Source of the DNA: Sulfolobales archaeon
Lineage (GTDB): Archaea; Thermoproteota; Thermoprotei_A; Sulfolobales; AG1
Assembly (NCBI GenBank): GCA_038867615.1
Contig: JAWBYA010000014.1
Coordinates: 1 to 17,931 of the forward strand
Direction: 5' to 3'
Length of the DNA: 17,931 nucleotides
Of this stretch, positions 1-7,464 are shown piece by piece (the first letter of the stretch is position 1; each line of letters starts with the position of its first letter). The notes below the pieces were generated by a model, which worked only from the letters and a program-made list of their open reading frames with translations, made no database searches and was not told where the DNA came from. The translations under genes and the position numbers were made by a program.

Positions 1-122
1 CAGCGCGCGCCGCTCGTGCCGCTACCCCTGCGCGCTCCATCTCGCTTGAAGCGAGAGCTTCCACGAGCTCCTCGAAGCAAAAGCATCGGCTATAAAAGCT
101 TAGTTTTCGAGATCCAAGTTTT

Positions 123-3100
123 TTAGACTCTTCTCCTCATTACCCTGAATACTATTATCCCTATGGCTGCTGCCATAGCTATTATCATAATTAGTGTTGG
201 TAGCCCTCCTGGCACGGGTACTGGTATTGGTAGTGGGCTTGCTGGTCTCTGCTGCTGTTGCTGTGGCGTGGGCTGTAAGGGTGGTGGCACTATTACTTTA
301 ACGCTTAGGTTCTCCCCCGATGTGCATGCTATGGATTGATCCTGTGTATTGGGTGCCCTAACAACATACCTACCGAATGAGAGGGTCATGTTACTCGATG
401 CCGCTATCGAGGATGTCATCACCTCTTTCCCAGCCTCATCATATATAGTTACTATTGTAGCTGCTGGCATTCCATTCGTATCCTCAACATTTATGATGAT
501 ATTGCATGTTATCCTTCTAAGATACTCTGTATATATGGCATTGTCAAACACATTGATCTCTTTCTGGACTGGGTAGAAGCCTGTAGCGGATATTGATATG
601 TTTAGGGCAGCGCCTATGGGGAGCATCCTGATCTCTGCAGAGCCATTGGCGTTTGTTGATACCCTGCCAAAACCTTCAACACTTACTAAAGCTCCTTGGA
701 CACCCCTTCCAGCCTCGTCCAAGACCTTTATAGCTATGTCTGTGTAGATCTTTGTTGTGTTGATAGTTATACTCATATCCCTATCCACTACTATATCAAC
801 AGAGTTGTTTGCATAGTACTTCGACACGAATGAGATGCTGTAGTTACCATATCTAAGCCTTGTAACAGCGTTAGTACTATTTATAGTATCCCTCATAGAA
901 CCACTTATAACTATATATCCGCTTCCAGTTGGTGCTACTTTGCTTTCATTGCCAAGGATTACTGAGATATTTACGTTATATAGCTTCCAGCTCATATCAA
1001 TAGGCACTACTGGGAACTTATTGGCATCTGAGATGGCTACAGTTGCTTTGAATGGGTTCATGTGGGGGGCTATTGCGGATACAGTTATATTTGCCTGGAA
1101 AGCTAGCTCCACACTAAAGCTCTCCCCAGGCTTCAGCATCCTCTCATATCCAATCTCCTCAAGGGATACCCTAGCCTCTAGACCATCCTCAGGGCTTCTA
1201 TACAGCACAGTCAATATATATCTGCCAGACCCTAGGTCGGGGACTATATATGCTGATGCTGATGCAATGGCAATGGCTCTCCCAACTATATAGACCTCCC
1301 TCGGAGCTATTGGAAGAATTATATGTGCCACAATCTTGCCTGAGAGGCTGAATATCTGTACTGCTGTCGAGTTGGGCTGTGATAGCGATAACCCATATCT
1401 GGTAACCCCTATGAGTTGTTTGCCTGCTAGGGGCAGTATCGGGACTATCTTGCCATCTCCTCTTAGACCCCATATCCAATCAACCCCCCTGAGTATAGCG
1501 ACCAGACCATCTACTGAGAAGCCTTGGAACCCCCTGATATCGGAGACCCTGTCAGATATGTTGGCAATCACAAGCCCTGTATATGGCGTGTATATGTAGA
1601 GCCTATCCTGTGTAGATGCAGCGATACCTAGAGGGGTTATCACGTGGGATATCACGGTCTCGTTACCGCTGGTTAGTCTTACATATTGAAGAGGTGTTGC
1701 AGCATATAGAGCGTTATCAACAACAGCTATTATGCTCCCCCTGCTAACTGGGTATGCTGCGATAACATTGCTTGGCAACTGGATCTGTGAGTATGTCTCT
1801 CCAGCTACTGACTGAACCTTAACTGTTGATCCGCTCCAGAGGGCTGTCAAGAGCTCTGTGGAGATTATCGATCGCTGGGGATAGCTAGCAACTATGGAGC
1901 ATGTCGAGGCATCCACTAGATGCTTACCCATCACACCCTCAACATATAGAAGGTTTCTCCCTATGAACTCAGCACGGCTAACATCTAGCTCAGGGATCTC
2001 TATCTTGCATACCTCATCACCATTGGGGCTCATTATAACTGCACTACCGCTCTCAAGAGCAGCTATATAGCTATCGCTTGCCGTAACATGCTGAGCCAGC
2101 TCAGAGATCTTCTTTAGATAGGTGCTGCTTAGATTTGCTATCACCAGCCTCTGCGATGGCGCTTCGATAGATGGGGCTGGCTTAGGTGCATAGATCTCTG
2201 GCGGGGCTGATGCCAAGACCTGCTCCTCCTTCTCCACTCTTGCAAGGAACATAAGATCTATGTCAAGGGATTTAGTAACAACACCCTTGAAGACAGGCTT
2301 ACCATTAGCTATGATCCTTATATCTGCGCCCTGGGGAAGCGATATAGATGTGTTAGGGCTAATCGAGGTCGATCTTGTGAACCCCTGGTAGTCGAACTCA
2401 AGGACTAGACTTGTGTTAGGAGCTCTAATAGATACTGTCACAAGGGATATGTTCTCAACATATGTGGATACCCTGGTTACCAGCTCATTCTGCGGGGCTG
2501 AAGCTATGTAGAAAGCCCTTCTATCCAGCAGGCTATATAGAGATGATGTTACATACTGAGCTGTTGTTGCAGCACCAATTATTCTCTTAGATATCGCAGA
2601 TGATCCAAATACATAGCCTATCTCAACATCACCACCAGTCGCTAAGGCAGCCGTGAAGTAGAACCCTCCATCGTGGCTGGGATATAGCTCGAAGGCGGAC
2701 GCAGATACGCTATATATTATTGATGAGTGGAAGGGCTTAGAGGTATCTATAACCATGAAGTATGTCCCAGATGGGTTTGATAGTGAGACAGCTACGGAAG
2801 TTCTTGAAGAGCCTAGAACCATTGCTGATGGTGTGAGTAGCTGTTCAGAAAGAACCCTTGTAGCCCCTAAGAGTGTCCCGACAAATGAATCAGCACTATA
2901 TGTTGCAATAGTTGGGAGACCTCCATAGGGCTGGTATATTACTGAGAATGTGTCAAACCCCCCTGCTGCTCCAGCCCTCACAACAGGCATTGTAAGCAGC
3001 TTCTGGAAAGTTGTTGTTGTTGAGATATACATGGCTACTGTGCCCAAGCTTATCCTGGCAAACCCCTGGGCAATTGATATACTGCCTGGGAACTGCCTTG

Positions 3101-4151
3101 TGATCGTCCCATTAACCTCTGTAGGTGTTCCAAAGATATTTCTGGGATCGGTTCCATTGGCATATACGAATATTCCATCATCCCTGAATATATAGTCCAT
3201 GACGACTGTGAAGCTATTGTTCAGCAGAGTATCATTTACATTTGCTATAAATGATATTGTGAATGGGGATAACGATGTGAAGGATACCCCGAGGGCTGAT
3301 ACCTTTGGGAAGCTAGATACCATTCTACACCACCCGCCGCCGATCTCAACATTCACAGAGTTGTAGATGTCCGTATAGTCGAGGGAGCCATATCTATATG
3401 GTATATATAGCCTCCTATCCCCTATACCTGTGATTACATATTGCAAGCCCATGAGGGTTCTGTTAAGAGACTGGATCAATATATCGCTAAATTCAATAGC
3501 TGGTGCTGATGCCATTCTAGGCATTGATGGATCTGTTAGACCCTCTGTCCTTGAGAACCTTACAAGCATATTCCACCTATCAATGCCAAATCCCTCTGGG
3601 TTTGTGATTATACTCACAGCATCTGCCTTGAACTCATATGCCGTAACAGGTTCTAGATCTGGTAGTGAGAGGCATATTATTGCATCATTTCTATATACAT
3701 ATACAGCATTATCGCTAAGCCCCACCCTAGCACCTGGTAGGGAGAACCTGGAGTTTATAGAGCCAGATAGAGGATCTACTACCGCAGCTGCTGAGCCTCC
3801 AAGCACTAGGAAGCCTCTCCATTCTGGGTTTATCCTACTCAGATCATAGACCCTTGATACATTCTCCATCAGGAGAGATGCTAATGGATATTCCCTCAAA
3901 GGCTTCATAGTTTTGGTGTCGAAGAACGTTATTGATGAGGAGTTGGGGTTATATATAGCTAATAGCGATCCACTACTACCAACAGGTATTCCGTTCAGCC
4001 TATCCTCCCAGATCTTTGTCAGGGGGACTGGCTGGGAGATCCATTGCTGATTCTGTGCAACTAACACTATGCCTGATGATACTGATAGCATTATGATCGA
4101 TATTATGATGGCTATAAATACGGCTTTCATAGCAGATCTAAATCTATTCAC
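123..4151 (-). CDS. Large membrane-anchored surface protein / putative adhesin (beta-propeller-like regions plus Ig/PEGA/carboxypeptidase-regulatory-like repeats)
   Basis: 1342-aa ORF; GTG start preceded by GGTGA. Basic then hydrophobic N-terminal signal, beta-rich body with many NxS/T sequons, 'IAIKVLDEAGRGVQGALVSV' and 'IIINVEDTNGMP' beta-sandwich repeats, Pro/Gln linker, C-terminal TM helix and RRR tail. Fold calls are inference. Confidence 0.75.
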   Translation of the reverse strand: MNRFRSAMKAVFIAIIISIIMLSVSSGIVLVAQNQQWISQPVPLTKIWEDRLNGIPVGSSGSLLAIYNPNSSSITFFDTKTMKPLREYPLASLLMENVSRVYDLSRINPEWRGFLVLGGSAAAVVDPLSGSINSRFSLPGARVGLSDNAVYVYRNDAIICLSLPDLEPVTAYEFKADAVSIITNPEGFGIDRWNMLVRFSRTEGLTDPSMPRMASAPAIEFSDILIQSLNRTLMGLQYVITGIGDRRLYIPYRYGSLDYTDIYNSVNVEIGGGWCRMVSSFPKVSALGVSFTSLSPFTISFIANVNDTLLNNSFTVVMDYIFRDDGIFVYANGTDPRNIFGTPTEVNGTITRQFPGSISIAQGFARISLGTVAMYISTTTTFQKLLTMPVVRAGAAGGFDTFSVIYQPYGGLPTIATYSADSFVGTLLGATRVLSEQLLTPSAMVLGSSRTSVAVSLSNPSGTYFMVIDTSKPFHSSIIYSVSASAFELYPSHDGGFYFTAALATGGDVEIGYVFGSSAISKRIIGAATTAQYVTSSLYSLLDRRAFYIASAPQNELVTRVSTYVENISLVTVSIRAPNTSLVLEFDYQGFTRSTSISPNTSISLPQGADIRIIANGKPVFKGVVTKSLDIDLMFLARVEKEEQVLASAPPEIYAPKPAPSIEAPSQRLVIANLSSTYLKKISELAQHVTASDSYIAALESGSAVIMSPNGDEVCKIEIPELDVSRAEFIGRNLLYVEGVMGKHLVDASTCSIVASYPQRSIISTELLTALWSGSTVKVQSVAGETYSQIQLPSNVIAAYPVSRGSIIAVVDNALYAATPLQYVRLTSGNETVISHVITPLGIAASTQDRLYIYTPYTGLVIANISDRVSDIRGFQGFSVDGLVAILRGVDWIWGLRGDGKIVPILPLAGKQLIGVTRYGLSLSQPNSTAVQIFSLSGKIVAHIILPIAPREVYIVGRAIAIASASAYIVPDLGSGRYILTVLYRSPEDGLEARVSLEEIGYERMLKPGESFSVELAFQANITVSAIAPHMNPFKATVAISDANKFPVVPIDMSWKLYNVNISVILGNESKVAPTGSGYIVISGSMRDTINSTNAVTRLRYGNYSISFVSKYYANNSVDIVVDRDMSITINTTKIYTDIAIKVLDEAGRGVQGALVSVEGFGRVSTNANGSAEIRMLPIGAALNISISATGFYPVQKEINVFDNAIYTEYLRRITCNIIINVEDTNGMPAATIVTIYDEAGKEVMTSSIAASSNMTLSFGRYVVRAPNTQDQSIACTSGENLSVKVIVPPPLQPTPQQQQQRPASPLPIPVPVPGGLPTLIMIIAMAAAIGIIVFRVMRRRV

Positions 4152-4226
4152 CCTCGAATCACCATATATATACCTTCAAATGTTTAGTTGTTCGCTTTTT
4201 CTTCTAAGCATTTAGTTTGGATTGCT

Positions 4227-4748
4227 ATGAGGGCTATATCTGAGATCGCTGGTGCATTGTTGCTTATAGGGGCTGCTGTTGTAGCTAGCGTGGTTGTTGC
4301 CTCGGTAGTGTATCCAGCTCTTGGGATATGGAGGGAGAGCGGTGTTAATATTAGGGTTGGAAGCATTTACCCAGTATCTGTGAACAGCAACATAATCTAT
4401 ATATATGGTAGATATTACACAGCACCATCATCACCCATCTATGTAAATACGTTCACACTCATAGTTACTAACAAGATGCCTAACCAAATATATGTGAGTG
4501 TATCATCATTGGTAGGGCTACCTCCTTCAGGAGGGCAATGGGCAATGGTGAACACCCAGAGCGGCTCAATATATATATACCAGGGCATACCATGTGGTGG
4601 TAACTACTTCTTCACCATCGAACCTGGTAAGAGTCTAGCCATAACAATATGTATCCTAACAACACCATCACCACTCCCAAAAGGCTTAGTAGGAGTGGGA
4701 ATAAGCTGTACAAACTGCGACACAAGCACCTATTACGTCACAATCTGA
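4227..4748 (+). CDS. Archaeal type IV pilin-like protein with class III signal peptide
   Basis: From ATG 4227: MRA|ISEIAGALLLIGAAVVASVVV, i.e. an R-A cleavage site followed by a hydrophobic helix and a beta-rich domain with 4 Cys. The ORF track starts it at 4188. Confidence 0.8.
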   Translation: MRAISEIAGALLLIGAAVVASVVVASVVYPALGIWRESGVNIRVGSIYPVSVNSNIIYIYGRYYTAPSSPIYVNTFTLIVTNKMPNQIYVSVSSLVGLPPSGGQWAMVNTQSGSIYIYQGIPCGGNYFFTIEPGKSLAITICILTTPSPLPKGLVGVGISCTNCDTSTYYVTI

Positions 4749-4782
4749 GATCCGCTTCCCTTCAGGGCGGGGAGGAGGTCAG
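4749..4782 (+). mobile_element. Stand-alone IS200/IS605-type right-end remnant
   Basis: CCCTTCAGGGCGGGGAGGAGGTCAG (4758-4782) matches 16734-16758 at 24/25 nt and shares its hairpin core with the tnpB end at 17809-17834. The left hairpin arm carries a 3-nt insertion. Confidence 0.7.
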
Positions 4783-4825
4783 GGAGCGAGGCTTTTGCAG
4801 TAAATATGTTGGTGGTGGGGATGCT

Positions 4826-5104
4826 ATGGAGTTGAGAACACCTGGTAGGGTTGAGCGGGAGTTGAAGAAGTTGCTCGATATCTCTTTCTCTTCCTATGCT
4901 AATCCACGTGAGATCGAGTTCAGACTTGGAATGATTATGAGCGATCCAAGGTTCTACTCAGAAGCTCTTAAAAACCACAGGGTGTTCGACACAGCAATGA
5001 TTATAAGAAGCAGGATAGAGATGATGAAGCACGAGGAGTATATGCATGATATGTTCATCAGAAAAAGAAGATTCTCATTAGCACCTAACTATTCCTATGC
5101 CTAG
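4826..5104 (+). CDS. Hypothetical protein (92 aa)
   Basis: ATG 4826 preceded by GGTGGTGGGG. The upstream extension to 4649 overlaps the pilin and the IS remnant and is probably not translated. Confidence 0.6.
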   Translation: MELRTPGRVERELKKLLDISFSSYANPREIEFRLGMIMSDPRFYSEALKNHRVFDTAMIIRSRIEMMKHEEYMHDMFIRKRRFSLAPNYSYA

Positions 5105-5502
5105 GTGTGTTTATCCTCTGGTTTTATATCGAATTTAATAACTTTTACTCTGAATTTTCTCTCTATGCAATCAACATATCCGAAGTCCATGCTCGATGCT
5201 CTTATAACCTTATCATCTGGTATGAACTCCATAAGCACGTATCTGTCTCCGCATTCACCATATCCAAGTATATGTCCATTGAGTACATCCAGGGCTATTG
5301 ATCTGTTTGTTGATGGGCACTTCATGAGGTCTGAGAAGATGTGTGGCAGGGATGCTCTGCATTCTTTAGCATCTATATTTAGCTTCTCTCTTAGTATTGC
5401 TATGATCTCAAGCTCTGCGTAGATGGATGCTATGCTTAGCATCTGCTGAGGTGTTAGTGGGTTCTCTATATCTATCTCTGCATCAGATCTCTCCAGATCC
5501 AT
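5101..5502 (-). CDS. Hypothetical protein (133 aa)
   Basis: ATG 5502 preceded by GGAGGTG; overlaps the end of the zinc-finger gene by 20 nt. The ORF-track start at 5607 runs deep into that gene. Confidence 0.6.
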   Translation of the reverse strand: MDLERSDAEIDIENPLTPQQMLSIASIYAELEIIAILREKLNIDAKECRASLPHIFSDLMKCPSTNRSIALDVLNGHILGYGECGDRYVLMEFIPDDKVIRASSMDFGYVDCIERKFRVKVIKFDIKPEDKHT

Positions 5503-5749
5503 TGCACCTCCAGCATCTCCCTGATCCTCCGCACGAGCTACAGAGCTTCTGCCCCATCCCTCTACAGTTGTGGCATCTCTCCCCGAATAAAGTTCTTCCC
5601 AGCCCATTGCACTCAGGACATACCCTTATCCCGCTCCCCCTGCATCTCTGGCATCTCCCAGTTCCATAGCATGTCCAGCATGTCCTCCTCTGGGTACCCC
5701 ATGTCCAGAATGGCTTGTAATCTGGGTTTGTCCATCCAAGACCGCTCAT
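5483..5749 (-). CDS. Stand-alone DnaJ-type cysteine-rich zinc-finger protein
   Basis: Six CxxCxGxG repeats (CWTCYGTG, CQRCRGSG, CPECNGLG, CHNCRGMG, CSSCGGSG, CWRCNGSG); no J domain or HPD motif. ATG 5749 follows GGGGGTAGG. Confidence 0.8.
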   Translation of the reverse strand: MSGLGWTNPDYKPFWTWGTQRRTCWTCYGTGRCQRCRGSGIRVCPECNGLGRTLFGERCHNCRGMGQKLCSSCGGSGRCWRCNGSGEI

Positions 5750-5802
5750 ACCTACCCCCAAATCAGTATATCTATCCTTAGAAAGCTAATATAGATCTTT
5801 GT

Positions 5803-7431
5803 TTATATCCTTATTGAAAGGGGAGATCTTACTACGGTTTTCTTGCTAACCTCTCTCCTCAGGCTGTCAATTAGATCTGTTATGGCTACTGGAGATCCCA
5901 GCATCTTGGCTGTCCTGAGCATGGCATCGAGATCGGAGGATCTCTTGGCGAAATCAACCCTGAAGATCTCTAGGGCTCTGTAGAGATCCTCCTCAGATAT
6001 TGCTCTATTATCATTGAGGGCAGATATGATTGCGTGCTTCGCAATAGCCTCTATCTCCTTCACCGTGTATCCCTTCACAGCCTCGGAGACAACCTTGAAA
6101 GCCCTTGAAAGCCTATTGGTATCTACAGAGACTCCAGCCTCTTTTCCGTAGGTTGTTAGCATATGATCAAGAATCCTCTCTATAGTCTCCTGAGTAGCTG
6201 GCGGGGGCACGGGTATCTTGAGGGTTCCGAATAGAGGGTCTCTGACTAGATACTCAGGGATCTTCGAGATCTCTGACGATGTTATTACCAGAAGGATGTT
6301 ATCGGCACTCTCCCTTATCCTGTTTATTAGTATCTCCCTAGCTCTTGCCATCACACTATCCTCCCTCCCCACAGCGTTCTCCTGTTGTGTGAATATGTTC
6401 TCTATATTCCTTATTATCATCACCCCTCCGCCAGTTGTTGAGAATAGATCCAGGGTGTTTGCAAGCCTCCTCTCGGTCTCTCCATACCACTTGCTCACAA
6501 AGCTCTCAACATTCAGCTTAGCCACTCTGAGACCAAGCTCAACACCTATGGATGTCGCTAGTGTGGTCTTCCCACTACCTGGTAGTCCGAAGAGAAGTAT
6601 GCTCTTTATGAAGAAGGGCTTGTTTCTAAGAGTTCTGATTACTGTGTTCAGCACCAGATCGTGCACAGGCTTGTCAAGATAGATCTCATTGTATCTCTTG
6701 AAGCTCGAAGGCTTTGAGAGACCCTGCGGGAGTGGCTGTGCCCTGTAATCCCTCTCAGGCTCCTCAATACCAAGCTCTGGAGCATCTACCATTGATACAT
6801 ATGGAGCTACATAGCCCAGAATACTCACAATCCTATCTGGAGATGCTGTGGCTATAGCCGCTCTATAGACCATGTTGTTGAGGATCGAGTATCCATAGAA
6901 CTTAGCTAGAGACCCGACTATCTTGTGTGTGGGGATGGCTCCAGGCTGTGCGGATTCCTGATCCGATATTGTGTCCATATCAGTTATGACAGCTATTATA
7001 GCCCTCATACCATCTGGAGGGACTGAAGAGACCTCATCGAGGATCTTAGTTATATCGCTATACGATAGAATCTTAAGAGCTACATCATCAAGGACAAAAC
7101 CATTACTGATCTCAAGTATATATGATGAGAGCATTAACTGGTGGTATGAACTATACCTCATAATAGCTATGGGCGTCTTTGCTGATAGTATGGTATTGAC
7201 AATATAGGCTAGATACTCCCTAACATCTATATCCCGCATTGATAGAAGCTGTAATGGCATCTGAGCATTGGCTATAGCAACATCCCTCTGAAGTTCGTGC
7301 TCGTATATCCTCTCCTCATGAGGCTCAAAAACCATGCTAGATAGTCTCTTTAGCTCAGTATCCCTAGGAACATATATAGCTGGGGCTTCCCTCTTCGCCT
7401 CAGATTTTCTCCTCTCCCTTTTCTTGGACAT
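5803..7431 (-). CDS. Classic-clade AAA+ protein (CDC48/Vps4/Ycf46-like) with degenerate Walker B
   Basis: Walker A ILLFGLPGSGKT, pore loop SKWYGETE, lid GYTVKEIEAI. The Walker B position reads VMIIRNIE. Confidence 0.85.
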   Translation of the reverse strand: MSKKRERRKSEAKREAPAIYVPRDTELKRLSSMVFEPHEERIYEHELQRDVAIANAQMPLQLLSMRDIDVREYLAYIVNTILSAKTPIAIMRYSSYHQLMLSSYILEISNGFVLDDVALKILSYSDITKILDEVSSVPPDGMRAIIAVITDMDTISDQESAQPGAIPTHKIVGSLAKFYGYSILNNMVYRAAIATASPDRIVSILGYVAPYVSMVDAPELGIEEPERDYRAQPLPQGLSKPSSFKRYNEIYLDKPVHDLVLNTVIRTLRNKPFFIKSILLFGLPGSGKTTLATSIGVELGLRVAKLNVESFVSKWYGETERRLANTLDLFSTTGGGVMIIRNIENIFTQQENAVGREDSVMARAREILINRIRESADNILLVITSSEISKIPEYLVRDPLFGTLKIPVPPPATQETIERILDHMLTTYGKEAGVSVDTNRLSRAFKVVSEAVKGYTVKEIEAIAKHAIISALNDNRAISEEDLYRALEIFRVDFAKRSSDLDAMLRTAKMLGSPVAITDLIDSLRREVSKKTVVRSPLSIRI

Positions 7432-7464
7432 GGCACATCTAAGAAGAGTATATCTTGTGAAAAG

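Noticed and set aside
2-68. HDV-like ribozyme (similar helix order on the + strand)
   Set aside because: No P3 or P1.1 pairing and no conserved J4/2 residues.
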